Source: an uncultured Actinomycetes bacterium (lineage in GTDB: Bacteria; Actinomycetota; Acidimicrobiia; Acidimicrobiales; Iamiaceae). From it: a stretch of DNA of 64,000 nucleotides. The stretch is from NCBI GenBank assembly GCA_963764215.1, contig CAVXRS010000010.1:59153-123152 (forward strand), in the 5' to 3' direction. A program made the translations under genes and the position numbers. The first letter of the stretch is position 1, and each line of letters opens with the position of its first letter. This document shows positions 35,965 to 46,209 of this stretch, in pieces. The notes beneath the pieces are model-generated. The model did not search any database. It was not told the origin of the DNA and saw nothing but the letters and a program-made list of their open reading frames with translations.

Positions 35965-36576
35965 TCAGGAATCCATCGCCGTAGCGGCGGCGCGCCCACC
36001 GACGAGGTACTGCGCCCCGGAGATCACCGTGAGGCCCACCGCGATCCACAACACGACCTGTCCAGCCCCCACGTACGCGGCGGTTGCCGGTGCGATGACC
36101 ACTCCGATCGCGAGCTCCTGGGTGACCGTCTTGAGCTTGCCCATCCGCCGAGCCGGAACCGCCAGGCCCCGGCGCCCCCACCACGACCGGTAAACGCTGA
36201 TCACCAGTTCTCTCACGGTGATGAGCCCCACCGGCACCCACCACATCGCTCCCACTGCGACGAGCGCGAACATCGCCCCGAGCACCAGTGCCTTGTCGGC
36301 GAGCGGGTCGAGGAACGCCCCTGATCGGGTGGAGCCCTGTCGCCGGGCGATGTAGCCGTCGATCCCGTCGGACGCCGCGAGGAGAAACGCAAGTGCGAAC
36401 GTCCCCCAACTCACCGGAGCGGCGATGATCTGCGCGATCAGCAACGGCACCAGGATCAAGCGACCCAGGGTGACCAGGTTCGCCGGTGTCAACAGCGCGG
36501 AGGGGCCGAAGCGATCGACCTGACTCGATGCCGGACCGGGCGTGTTCCGCACGCCGCTCATCGACCGGCCCCGCAC
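35965..36576 (-). CDS. pgsA: CDP-diacylglycerol-glycerol-3-phosphate 3-phosphatidyltransferase
   Basis: CDP-alcohol phosphatidyltransferase motif DGIDGYIARRQGSTRSGAFLDPLADK. Confidence 0.85.
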   Translation of the reverse strand: MRGRSMSGVRNTPGPASSQVDRFGPSALLTPANLVTLGRLILVPLLIAQIIAAPVSWGTFALAFLLAASDGIDGYIARRQGSTRSGAFLDPLADKALVLGAMFALVAVGAMWWVPVGLITVRELVISVYRSWWGRRGLAVPARRMGKLKTVTQELAIGVVIAPATAAYVGAGQVVLWIAVGLTVISGAQYLVGGRAAATAMDS

Positions 36577-37877
36577 GGCACGGCACGAACCGCATCGAGG
36601 TCCGGTCCTGCGGCACCGGTGACGACGACCTCGGTGAACTCGCCCACCGCGAGATCCTCGGGGACGTGGATGACACCGTCGATCTCGGGAGCTTCGCGAT
36701 GGCTTCGGGCGATCCCAGGCTGGTCCACGAGCACTTCGACTCGCCGACCGACGAGTTCGTCACGCTTCTCCGTGGTGATGTCCTCCTGGAGCTCGCGCAA
36801 CTCGGCCAGTCGGTCGTGCACCAGGCCGCGCGGGACCTGTCCGTCGAGCGTCACGGCGTGGGTGCCTTCTTCGGGCGAATACGCGAAGAAGCCGCACCAG
36901 TCGAGTCGTGCCTCGGCGACGAAGTCCAAGAGAGCTTCGTGGTCGGCTTCGGTCTCTCCCGGATAGCCGACGATGAAGTTGGAACGAAATGCGGCGTTTG
37001 ATTCGAGCGTTCTGATGCGATCGATCTTCGCGGCGAACGTCGCTGCCGACCCGGGTCGGCGCATGCGTCGCAGCAGCGGCCGAGACACATGCTGGAGGGA
37101 CAGATCGAAATAGGCCACTCCGCAGTCGAGCATCGCGTCGATCAACGCGTCTCCCAGCCCGGAGGGGTACAGGTACAGCAACCGCACCCACCGCACCCGC
37201 TCGGAGGCCGCCCGCACGAGTCTGCCGAGCTGCAGTTCGCCCCTTCCCTGGTCACGTCCGTACGAGACCAGATCCTGTGCGATCAACACGACTTCGGCAA
37301 CGTCCAGGTCGTCGATCTCCGCGAGCACGGCATCGATCGGACGGGAGCGCTGCTTACCCCGGAAGCTGGGGATCGCGCAGAACCCACACGCTCGATCGCA
37401 GCCCTCGGCCGCCTTGACGTAGGCCCACGGCGCCGAGACGGCCGGACGCGGCAGGTTCAACAAGTCGAAGTCCTCCACCGATGAGCCGGCCGAACGGGGC
37501 TTGCGGCCGACTCCGATCGTCACCGGGCCGACTGCAGGCACGACCGCATCGCGGGCGTCGAGACTCCGACCGAATCCCGCCACGAGGTCGACCTCGGGCA
37601 GCGCGTCGGCGAGCTCGTCGCCGTAGCGCTCTGCCATGCAGCCGGTCACCACCAGACGGGACCCGTCGCGTCGCATCTCGTCGAGCGCCAGGATGGTCTC
37701 CACCGATTCGGCGCGTGCCTCGTCGATGAACGCGCAGGTGTTCACCACGACGAGATCGGCGTCCGCGGCGTCGTCGACCGGGGCCATGCCATCGTCGGCG
37801 AGCCGCCCCGCCAACTTCTCCGAGTCGACCTGGTTCTTCCCGCAACCCAGCGTGACGATCGAGTAGGTGGCACCCAT
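36558..37877 (-). CDS. rimO: Ribosomal protein S12 methylthiotransferase
   Basis: IVTLGCGKNQVDSE, radical-SAM CDRACGFCAIP and a C-terminal TRAM domain. Confidence 0.85.
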   Translation of the reverse strand: MGATYSIVTLGCGKNQVDSEKLAGRLADDGMAPVDDAADADLVVVNTCAFIDEARAESVETILALDEMRRDGSRLVVTGCMAERYGDELADALPEVDLVAGFGRSLDARDAVVPAVGPVTIGVGRKPRSAGSSVEDFDLLNLPRPAVSAPWAYVKAAEGCDRACGFCAIPSFRGKQRSRPIDAVLAEIDDLDVAEVVLIAQDLVSYGRDQGRGELQLGRLVRAASERVRWVRLLYLYPSGLGDALIDAMLDCGVAYFDLSLQHVSRPLLRRMRRPGSAATFAAKIDRIRTLESNAAFRSNFIVGYPGETEADHEALLDFVAEARLDWCGFFAYSPEEGTHAVTLDGQVPRGLVHDRLAELRELQEDITTEKRDELVGRRVEVLVDQPGIARSHREAPEIDGVIHVPEDLAVGEFTEVVVTGAAGPDLDAVRAVPCGAGR

Positions 37878-37950
37878 GACCCGGTCATTCTCCCACGTCC
37901 ACCGCTCAGTTGAGGACTCCGAACCGCGCCGCGTGCGAGCGGCTCACCGG

Positions 37951-38461
37951 TCAATTCGTGGTCGCGTACCGCTCCGGGTAGACCTTGGTCAGGTCCGCGC
38001 ACTCCGGACAGATCGTCTCGGGAATGACCCCGAGTCGCATCAGACCCGAGAAGATGCGACAGCCCACGCAGTACCCCAGCGCCGCTTCGACGAGTGCCGG
38101 CACGGCCAGGAAGCCGACCACCACGAGGGCGACCATGTGCGCCCCGAAAGCGAACCAGACCAAGGTCGCCGTACCCGAGAACGCGAGACCGATGCCCTGG
38201 GCGAAACGTTTGGGCGGTCCGGGCACCGGCCGGGCTGCTCCCAGGTGGGGTGCGATCACGCGGGTGGCCAACTGGCCGAGCGGGCTGAGCGTGGGGCCGG
38301 TGGCCACCCTGGCGGCGAATCCGTAGGTGAGCAGCACCAACGGAATCGGCGAACGGGTGATGATCGTGACCACGCACAGAAGCACCACCCCCGTGGCGAC
38401 GGTGCGCGCCGCGAGGTCGTTCACGGGATCGGGGAAGCTGAAGAGACCGGACACGGCCAAA
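37951..38461 (-). CDS. DUF4395-like membrane protein
   Basis: FSFPDPVNDLAAR N-terminus, 4 TM helices and a C-terminal CxxC...CPEC. The start (TTG 38461 or GTG 38455) is uncertain. Confidence 0.5.
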
Positions 38462-38548
38462 ACCCTACCAAGTTGGTCAGGAATTGCGGCATCGACGATC
38501 CCGCGGCATCGGGTGGTCGTTCGCCACCCGAGGTGCCACGATGGAGCC

Positions 38549-38797
38549 ATGGACGCTGCATGGACCGAACAACAGGGAAAACTCCATCGGGAATTCGTCT
38601 TCGCCGACTTTTCCGAGGCCTGGGGATTCATGAATCGGGTCGCGCTGCTCGCCGAGACCCTCGGCCATCATCCCGACTGGTCGAACTCGTGGAACACGGT
38701 CACCATCGACCTTGTGAGCCATGACACCGGTTCGATCACCGACCGGGACCGCGACCTCGCCACCGCCATCGACGCCGTGGCCGATCAGACGCCCTGA
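38549..38797 (+). CDS. Pterin-4-alpha-carbinolamine dehydratase
   Basis: REFVFADFSEAWGFMNRVALLAETLGHHPDW...VTIDLVSHD. An alternative GTG start exists at 38513. Confidence 0.7.
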   Translation: MDAAWTEQQGKLHREFVFADFSEAWGFMNRVALLAETLGHHPDWSNSWNTVTIDLVSHDTGSITDRDRDLATAIDAVADQTP

Positions 38798-38835
38798 GCA
38801 CTGCGACCTGAACAGCATCGCGCCGGACGATCGAG

Positions 38836-41379
38836 TCAGCGCGTGTGCAACGGCTCGGTCGGCAGAACCTCGGTCCCCCCCGAGTCGTCGCCGGCGTCGT
38901 CGACAACGGTCGACGACTGGCCTCCCCCGGGACTGCCTTCGAATTCCTCGACGGTCATGAGCACGGCACGGGCCTTGGAACCCTCCGACGGTCCCACCAC
39001 GCCACGTTGTTCGAGCAGATCCATGAGGCGCCCAGCGCGGGCGAAGCCCACCCGGAGCTTGCGTTGGAGCATCGACGTCGAGCCGAGCTGACTGCGCACC
39101 ACCAGCTCCATGGCCTGGGCGAGCAGTTCGTCGTCGTCGCCGCCGCCGGCCACCGCGCCACCGGACCCGGGCGCATCGTCGCTGCCCTGGACCGTGTCGT
39201 CGTAGACCACCTCGGGTTGTTGGCGACGCCAGTGCGCGACCACTGCGCGGACCTCCTCTTCGGTGACCCAGGAGCCCTGCACCCGTCGTGGCACGCTCGA
39301 GGACGGATCGAGCAGCAGCATGTCCCCTCGACCCAGCAGCTTCTCGGCGCCGGGCTGATCGAGAATCACCCGACTGTCGGCCAGCGAGGAGACCGCGAAC
39401 GCCCAACGGGCCGGGATGTTGGCCTTGATCACGCCGGTGATGACGTTCACCGATGGGCGTTGGGTCGCGATGACCAGATGGATGCCCACGGCGCGGGCCA
39501 TCTGCGCGATCCGGGTGATCGATTCCTCCACGTCGCGGGCGGCGACCATCATCAGGTCGTTCAGCTCGTCGACGACCACCAGGATGAAGGGCAGCCGGTC
39601 GTAGGTCTTCTCCGATCCGGGCGGGGCCACCAGGTCGCCACGGTCGAACGCGGCGTTGTAGCTCGTCACGTCGCGCACGCCGACCTCGGAGAGCACGTCG
39701 TAGCGACGCTCCATCTCCTTGACGGTCCAGGACAGGGCGTTCGCGGCCTTCTTGGGGTTGGTGACCACCTCGGTGAGCAGATGGGGCAAGCCGTTGTACT
39801 GGCCCAGCTCCACCCGTTTGGGGTCCACGAGGATCAATCGCAGGTCATCCGGGGTGTCGCGCATCAACAGCGAGGTGAGCAGCGTGTTGATGCACGATGA
39901 CTTCCCCGCGCCGGTCGCCCCGGCGATGAGCACGTGCGGCATCTTCGCCAGATTGGCCAGGACGGCTTTGCCGGCGATGTCCCGACCGACCGCCGCATCG
40001 AGGGTATGTGCGGCCGCCTTCGCTTCGGCGGAGGCCAGAATGTCGCCCACGGCCACGAGCTGTTTGCGGGTGTTGGGAACCTCGATGCCGATCGCCTGTC
40101 GCCCGGGGATGGGCGCCAGGATCCGCACGTCGGGAGTCGCCATGGCATAGGCGATGTCCTTGTGCAGCGCGGTGAGCCGGGCCACCTTCACGCCGGGGCC
40201 GAGCTCGAGTTCGTAGCGGGTCACGGTGGGCCCGATCGTCATCCCCACCAGCCGGGTCTCCACTCCGTGTTCGGCGAGTGCATGTTCCAACGTTTCGCCG
40301 GTCTCCCGGATCGCCGCTTTGTCGACCTGATGTGCACCGGTGCGGTTCAGCAACTTCCGGGGTGGGAGCTTCCAGGTCCGGGTGCCCTTGGCCGGCCCCA
40401 GGTCGATGGTCAGTTGCCCACCGGGTCCGACCCCACCCTCGCCGCCGGCGGTCGCGTCCGGGCGGGCCACGGCGTCCCGGTCCTGGTCGTACACGGACGA
40501 AGCCGCGCCATCATCCGCCTCTTGGTCGTCGGAGGCATCCGGCGCACCGACAGCTTCGGGGACCAGGTCCAGATCGTCGTCGACTTCGTCGAGCCGGTCG
40601 TCGATGCCCTGGACGGGGACCTGCGCATCGTCCACCGACGGCGACTCCTCGAGGACGAACAAGGATGCGACGAGCCGCCGCAACGCGCTGCCCGCGGGGC
40701 GAATCCCGTCCGCGGTCGCGCCCGCCGCCCGGGCAATCGGGACCCCCGTGATCAGCACGAGTCCGGCAAGACCCAGGATCACCAGCAGGACCGTCGCGCC
40801 CACCGGCGCCAGGACCGACGACAGCGGCGCGCCCACGAGCGCGCCGAGGAACCCACCGGCATGGACGAGCTCGTCCCGGGTGCCCGAGAGTCCGGGCGAC
40901 CCGCGCCAGATGTCCGACAATCCCAGCAGCACGAGTACGACGACCACGATGCCGATCCCACGCCGCACCGCGACGAGCGTCGGATCCGACGGTGCCACCG
41001 CGTCGAGGTCGATGGTCGGGTCGTCCCCACCGAGGGCGGCACCGGATTCCTTCCCAGGCCGCCCGAACCCTTTGATGCACCACGCGCCCAGGATGACGAG
41101 CAGGATCGGCCCCAGGTACTGCAAGGGTCCGAAGACGACGGCGCCGGCTGTGGCGATCCCCCGCCCGACGGGGCCGGCGATGTCGGCGTACGCGCCCAAC
41201 CCCCACAGGGCGCCGAGCGCGATCAGTCCAAGGCCGACCAGATCGCCTCGGTGGCCCTCGGTGGCTCCGGCCACGGTGGAGGGAACACTTCGGGATGGGC
41301 GGCCGCCGGTGGACGCCGCGCCGCTACCGGGTCGGGTGCGCCGGGTGGACGGCGTTGCCTTCTTGCGCGGTTGTGCCAC
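38836..41379 (-). CDS. ftsK: DNA translocase FtsK/SpoIIIE
   Basis: N-terminal TM helices, Walker A GATGAGKS, Walker B VVVDELNDL and a winged-helix gamma domain (STSMLQRKLRVGFARAGRLMDLLE). GTG at 41379 is preceded by GAGAGG. The track start is 41517. Confidence 0.9.
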   Translation of the reverse strand: MAQPRKKATPSTRRTRPGSGAASTGGRPSRSVPSTVAGATEGHRGDLVGLGLIALGALWGLGAYADIAGPVGRGIATAGAVVFGPLQYLGPILLVILGAWCIKGFGRPGKESGAALGGDDPTIDLDAVAPSDPTLVAVRRGIGIVVVVLVLLGLSDIWRGSPGLSGTRDELVHAGGFLGALVGAPLSSVLAPVGATVLLVILGLAGLVLITGVPIARAAGATADGIRPAGSALRRLVASLFVLEESPSVDDAQVPVQGIDDRLDEVDDDLDLVPEAVGAPDASDDQEADDGAASSVYDQDRDAVARPDATAGGEGGVGPGGQLTIDLGPAKGTRTWKLPPRKLLNRTGAHQVDKAAIRETGETLEHALAEHGVETRLVGMTIGPTVTRYELELGPGVKVARLTALHKDIAYAMATPDVRILAPIPGRQAIGIEVPNTRKQLVAVGDILASAEAKAAAHTLDAAVGRDIAGKAVLANLAKMPHVLIAGATGAGKSSCINTLLTSLLMRDTPDDLRLILVDPKRVELGQYNGLPHLLTEVVTNPKKAANALSWTVKEMERRYDVLSEVGVRDVTSYNAAFDRGDLVAPPGSEKTYDRLPFILVVVDELNDLMMVAARDVEESITRIAQMARAVGIHLVIATQRPSVNVITGVIKANIPARWAFAVSSLADSRVILDQPGAEKLLGRGDMLLLDPSSSVPRRVQGSWVTEEEVRAVVAHWRRQQPEVVYDDTVQGSDDAPGSGGAVAGGGDDDELLAQAMELVVRSQLGSTSMLQRKLRVGFARAGRLMDLLEQRGVVGPSEGSKARAVLMTVEEFEGSPGGGQSSTVVDDAGDDSGGTEVLPTEPLHTR

Positions 41380-41539
41380 AATGCCTCTCAGAGTACCAAG
41401 CGGCGACTCGTCGACCGTGGGATACCGGTTCCCGGACCGGAGGGCAATTTGCCCGGAAATCCGCTCCGGAATAGGCATTGCCGAGACCACGTGATATGCT
41501 GCATCCAGGCGAACCACTCAGGGGCGTTCGCAACAAGAT

Positions 41540-41630
41540 CTCGTCATGTCAGGTCCCTACCCTCCCTCCCTCAGGACTTGGCGTAGCGAGCCGGTTGGGG
41601 GTTCTTCGAACCCCCCAACCCCCATTTTTC
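41540..41630 (+). ncRNA. Candidate small RNA: hairpin with a 17-nt C-rich loop plus a GC-rich terminator hairpin and T-run (6C-like)
   Basis: A 9-bp stem (GUCAGGUCC / GGACUUGGC, 41548-41582) encloses the loop CUACCCUCCCUCCCUCA. A second hairpin at 41593-41620 is followed by CCCATTTTTC. No plausible CDS lies here. Confidence 0.3.
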
Positions 41631-41684
41631 GCCCGGGTCGCGTCACCCTGATCCACCGGTTGTCGTCCCGGATCGAGGCTGCCG

Positions 41685-43190
41685 GTGAGTTGGCCCGACG
41701 AGGCACCCTCGACCCCTCCGCCCCCCGCCGACGCGCTGCCTCGCGTCGAACGGAGCGAGATCGGTCCGGTCCCGGCATTCTGGTCGGAACACGAGGACGC
41801 CCCGTTCACCGCGACGCTCGCCTTTCGGGTGGGCGAAGCCGACGAGCGCCTCGGGACGCACGGCCGCTGTCTCCTCCTCGCCGGATTGGTCCTCCCCGAC
41901 GAGCCGCAGGCCGAAGTCGCGATCACGACGTCGGTGACGACCCTTCGAACCTGCTTCACCGTGACCGGCCCCGCCGACGCCGCGGGCGCGGCGTTGTCCC
42001 GGATCGCCCGCTCCATCGCGACGCTGCGGACCGACCATGCGGGAATGGTCATCGATCGGGTCCTCGCGGCATGGAATCCGGTCCAGCGCTGGGATCTCAC
42101 GCTGATGGCCCATCGTTTCGGCAGCCGCAGCTACGGTCTCGGAGGATTCCCACTCCTGGGTCTGCGCTACCCCGATCTTCCGGCCTTCGAGGAATGGGCC
42201 CGTACGTGGTTCACCGCCCAGAACGCCGTCGTGAGCGCGAATCATCGACCACCGTCGTCGTTGGATCTGCATGCCTTGGGTGAGGGAACCCGAAAGGTCC
42301 TGCCCGAGGCACACGAGATCGAACGTTCGTATCCCGCGCTTGTGCGCGGCGCGGATCAGACGTTGGCCGTTTCCTTCTTCGGACCGTTCGACCCGGTCGC
42401 CGAACTGGCGGTCGACCTGCTCGTTGGTCGGATGGCCTCCAGATTGGCAGCATTCGACGTCGCCGTCGGACCGCCGTCGGTCGTGACCCGACACACGGGA
42501 TCGAATCAGTCGACGGTGACCCTCGAGATCGTTGCACCCAACGAGCTGGTCGACAGCATCCGCCAGTCGCTGAGTGCCGAGATCTTCAGTTTCGGCATGA
42601 ACGGCCCGTCGGTCGACGAACTGGATCAGGCCCGGATCGCGCTTCGACGATCCCGACCCTCGGGCGACCGACGCAACGAAGAACGCGAAGCCAGAGCGGA
42701 ACTCTTCGGGGAAGCGCTCGATCTCGATGCAGCCCTCCTCGCACCGGCCGAAGCTCTTGCGGCTGCCGTACGCCGACTGTCCGCGGCACCGATCTGGCTC
42801 CTACCCCGCGACGTGCCGATCGAGGATCAGCGCGTCGTGCCGGTCGGGCACGGAACCCACCAGGTGACCGACGGCGAGACCCACACCGTTGCACCCGGTG
42901 CTACCGGTGACGAAGGAGCGGTGCAGCTCATCGCAGGAGCGGCCGGCATCACGTCGCACTTTCCGAACGGCTCGACCTCGACGGTGCTTTTCGCCGATGC
43001 GGTCGCCCTGGAACATCACCCCGATGGAGGGCGGACACTCTGGGGCGACGACGGCACTGCCCTGCATCTCGACCCCCAAAGGTGGCCCAACGGACAACAG
43101 CTCGTCGCCTGGATCGACCAGTGCGTCGATCCCTGGTTGATTCTCGGAGCACCGACCGAGGACGAACCGCCGCCCCCACCGGGCGGTTGA
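41685..43190 (+). CDS. Hypothetical protein, possibly a degenerate (inactive) M16 peptidase-like fold
   Basis: 501 aa with weak resemblance to the pitrilysin N-terminus (ATLAFRVGEADERLGTHG) but no HxxEH motif. Confidence 0.3.
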   Translation: MSWPDEAPSTPPPPADALPRVERSEIGPVPAFWSEHEDAPFTATLAFRVGEADERLGTHGRCLLLAGLVLPDEPQAEVAITTSVTTLRTCFTVTGPADAAGAALSRIARSIATLRTDHAGMVIDRVLAAWNPVQRWDLTLMAHRFGSRSYGLGGFPLLGLRYPDLPAFEEWARTWFTAQNAVVSANHRPPSSLDLHALGEGTRKVLPEAHEIERSYPALVRGADQTLAVSFFGPFDPVAELAVDLLVGRMASRLAAFDVAVGPPSVVTRHTGSNQSTVTLEIVAPNELVDSIRQSLSAEIFSFGMNGPSVDELDQARIALRRSRPSGDRRNEEREARAELFGEALDLDAALLAPAEALAAAVRRLSAAPIWLLPRDVPIEDQRVVPVGHGTHQVTDGETHTVAPGATGDEGAVQLIAGAAGITSHFPNGSTSTVLFADAVALEHHPDGGRTLWGDDGTALHLDPQRWPNGQQLVAWIDQCVDPWLILGAPTEDEPPPPPGG

Positions 43191-43198
43191 GGTTCCGG

Positions 43199-44515
43199 TC
43201 AGGATTCCCGGTTTGCGACGACCTCGAAGAGGGCGTCCCCATCGGGAAGGATCGACCACGGCCGTTCGGTACGCGGGGTCGTCGCACGCCCCATGAGCGC
43301 CCTGGCGCGGTCCACCTCGCCCTCGGCGGCGAATGCCGCGGCGAAGATGTTGACGACCTCGGCGCTTCCGGGAGCTCCCGTCCACGCTGCATTGTCCACC
43401 GACATCGTCGCGAACATCTGGATCTCCGAAGCGCGTTGACCGGAGAGGAAGGTCCTGCGACGGTCGACCGAGGTGCCGAGCACCGATGAAATCAGATGGG
43501 CGAACGGCACGAGGCCATGCAGGAGCGATCCTTCGTCTGCTGCTCGGGCCGTGGTGCGCGCGAAAGCGAACATTTCCTCCTCGCTCCCCATACCGAGCGG
43601 ACTCAGCGCCTCGAGGGTCGCCAGATGCGCGCCGATCAACTCCGGCTGCCGTCGGACCGACTCGTCGTAGCGCATACAGAGCTCTTCGAACGGGATGCGG
43701 AGCGAGAGGCCCGAGCGCAACAGCAGCGTGAATGGGACCGGGTCGGAGAACTGCAGCTCGATCGCTTCGAAAAGCTCGCGCTCCGCACTTCGCAGCGTCT
43801 CCCAGAACGTCTCGTCGTCACCCCCGGCAGCCCGACCGGCGCGGGCGCGGAGCACGAGATGTGCGCCGCGGGCAAGGTGTGCGTCCGCCGCAGTCGGGTC
43901 CGCGGCGACCCACCGATCGATCCCCACCGCCGGCCCGTCGCCGTGCAGGTGGGAGATAATCCATTCACGCTGCGCCGCCGAAGCATCTCCGAGGAGCGAC
44001 CGGGCCTCTTCCCATGCGCCGGATTCGAGCGCTTCCCGCACTGCCGTGATCGCAGGGTCGTCGATGTGTCGGTCCTCGACCGACGTCACGAGCAGTCCGG
44101 TCCCACCGGTCGGCGCTTCGGGAGGCGGAGGAGGCTCCGCTTCACCGAGTGCCTCTTCGATCCCTTCGACGATCGCCGTCGCATCGTCCGGGTCCATCAG
44201 CACCATCGCCGGATGACCTGCGGCCTGCACGACCAGGAGCGCCCCACGGTTGTCGAAGGGCTCGGTGCGCGCCCCGGTGACGTCACCGCCGACGCCGAGC
44301 ACGACGAGCGGCTGGGTGAGTTGTGGGCGAGATCCCCCTCCCGCCGCGAAGACGAACAGGCGCTCGTTCGTCAGCGCCCAGATCGTGTTCGGCGGGAAGT
44401 AGTCGGCCGAATCGGTCCCGGGGACCGTACGCGCCCGCCCCGCTTCGATGACCTTCTCACCGGTCCGGAGTCCGGGCGCGTCGCTGGTGACCAACCGTCG
44501 GAGAGCGAGAGTCAT
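43199..44515 (-). CDS. Hypothetical protein
   Basis: 438-aa ORF with native-like codon usage and no motif recognised. The helical C-terminal two thirds look repeat-like. Confidence 0.4.
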   Translation of the reverse strand: MTLALRRLVTSDAPGLRTGEKVIEAGRARTVPGTDSADYFPPNTIWALTNERLFVFAAGGGSRPQLTQPLVVLGVGGDVTGARTEPFDNRGALLVVQAAGHPAMVLMDPDDATAIVEGIEEALGEAEPPPPPEAPTGGTGLLVTSVEDRHIDDPAITAVREALESGAWEEARSLLGDASAAQREWIISHLHGDGPAVGIDRWVAADPTAADAHLARGAHLVLRARAGRAAGGDDETFWETLRSAERELFEAIELQFSDPVPFTLLLRSGLSLRIPFEELCMRYDESVRRQPELIGAHLATLEALSPLGMGSEEEMFAFARTTARAADEGSLLHGLVPFAHLISSVLGTSVDRRRTFLSGQRASEIQMFATMSVDNAAWTGAPGSAEVVNIFAAAFAAEGEVDRARALMGRATTPRTERPWSILPDGDALFEVVANRES

Positions 44516-46209
44516 CGGTCTGCGGGCTCACCGGAACCGGAGGTCATGTCTCCATGACCACCGGCACGATCATCGGCCGCCGGCGCGGTCTGGGAGTTCA
44601 CGTACCGGCCGGTGGCACGGCGCACCACTCGTTGCAGGCCCTCGATGTCGCCGACCTCGTTCGCGAACGCTTGCTTCACGGCGTCGGCCACGGCCTGGCG
44701 CGCACCGTCGACCAGTTCCTCGGCCTCGGGCGCATGCACCCATCCTCGGGTGATCACCTCGGGCCCGGTCACGATCGCGCCGGTATGGGCGTCCACGGTG
44801 ACGACCACGACCACCACGCCCTCCTCGGCCAACACCTGTCGGTCACGCAGGACCCCCCCGCTGACCCCACCGACGGTGCCGTCCACGTACAGGTACCCCG
44901 CAGGCACCGCGTCGGCATGCCGGATGATGCCGTCGTCGGCGATGGTCAGCTGATCACCGTCCTCGCACACCAGGATGTGGTCGTCCGCAACCCCCATCTC
45001 CCCGGCGAGTTGCGCATGGGCGTTCAGGTGTCGATACTCGCCATGCACGGGGGTGAACCACTCGGGGCGGGTGATGGACAGCACCGTCTTGAGCTCCTCG
45101 GCCTTGGCGTGGCCGGTGGCGTGGACGTCACTGATCCCCGAATCGACCACCCGCACGCCGAGGCGTACGAGGTTGTCGATGACCTTGGAGACGCTCATCT
45201 CGTTGCCGGGGATCGGATGGGACGACAGGATCACCGTGTCGTCCTCGCCGGTGCGCAACCAACGGCTCTCGCCCGATGCCATCAGGCTCAGAGCGGACAT
45301 GGGCTCACCCTGCGAACCCGTGGAGATCACACAGATCCGCCCGGGGTCCAGCGAGTCGATCGCCTCGATGTCGACCAGGCTGGCATCGGGGATCCGCAAC
45401 AGCCCCATCTCCCGGGCGATCGTCACGTTCTTCTGCATGGACCGACCGAGTGTGGCCACGACGCGACCGTCGGCGATGGCGGCGTCGGCGATCTGTTGGA
45501 CCCGGTGGATGTGGCTCGCGAAACACGCGGTGATGACCCGGCGTCCGCGCTGCGCGGCGATGAGGTTGCGCAGCACCTCTCCGACCGAGGATTCCGACCG
45601 CGAATGGCCGTGTTCGACGGCGTTGGTGGAGTCGCTCAACAAGAGCCGAACGCCTTCGTTCTCGGCGATCGCCCCCATCACCGACAGGGCGGTGAGCCGG
45701 CCATCGACAGGCGTGAGATCGATCTTGAAATCGCCGGTGTGCAGGATCGTGCCCTGGGGAGTGTGGATCGCGGTGGCGAAGCCGTGGGGCACCGAGTGGG
45801 TCACGGGAATGAACTCGCACTCGAAGGGGCCGATGCGACGTCGCTCGCCGTCGGCGACCGCGAGCATCTCGGTGCGGTCGGAGAGTCCTGCCTCGTTGAT
45901 CCTCCCCGACGCAAGCGCCAAGGTGAGCTCGGAACCGTAGATGGGGAACGACAACTCCCTGAGCAGATAGCTCAATCCACCGACGTGATCCTCGTGGCCG
46001 TGCGTAGCGACCAGACCGACGATCTTGTCCGCATGCTCACGCAACCAGGTGAAGTCCGGAAGGACCAGGTCGATGCCGAGCATGTCGGCGTCGGGGAACA
46101 TCAGTCCACAGTCGAGCAGGAGGATCGAACCGTCACATTCGAACGCCGCACAGTTGCGGCCGATCTCACCCAGACCTCCGAGGAAGGTGACTGTCACAGG
46201 TGAACTCAT
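44512..46209 (-). CDS. rnj: Ribonuclease J
   Basis: Metallo-beta-lactamase motif HGHEDHVGG, a beta-CASP domain and a C-terminal domain. Confidence 0.9.
   Translation of the reverse strand: MSSPVTVTFLGGLGEIGRNCAAFECDGSILLLDCGLMFPDADMLGIDLVLPDFTWLREHADKIVGLVATHGHEDHVGGLSYLLRELSFPIYGSELTLALASGRINEAGLSDRTEMLAVADGERRRIGPFECEFIPVTHSVPHGFATAIHTPQGTILHTGDFKIDLTPVDGRLTALSVMGAIAENEGVRLLLSDSTNAVEHGHSRSESSVGEVLRNLIAAQRGRRVITACFASHIHRVQQIADAAIADGRVVATLGRSMQKNVTIAREMGLLRIPDASLVDIEAIDSLDPGRICVISTGSQGEPMSALSLMASGESRWLRTGEDDTVILSSHPIPGNEMSVSKVIDNLVRLGVRVVDSGISDVHATGHAKAEELKTVLSITRPEWFTPVHGEYRHLNAHAQLAGEMGVADDHILVCEDGDQLTIADDGIIRHADAVPAGYLYVDGTVGGVSGGVLRDRQVLAEEGVVVVVVTVDAHTGAIVTGPEVITRGWVHAPEAEELVDGARQAVADAVKQAFANEVGDIEGLQRVVRRATGRYVNSQTAPAADDRAGGHGDMTSGSGEPADR

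Noticed and set aside
41546-42283. 245-aa plus-strand ORF starting in the ftsK upstream region.
   Set aside because: It begins inside the hairpin/terminator structure. It is out of frame with the better-supported 41685-43190 ORF and has Arg/Pro-rich shadow composition.
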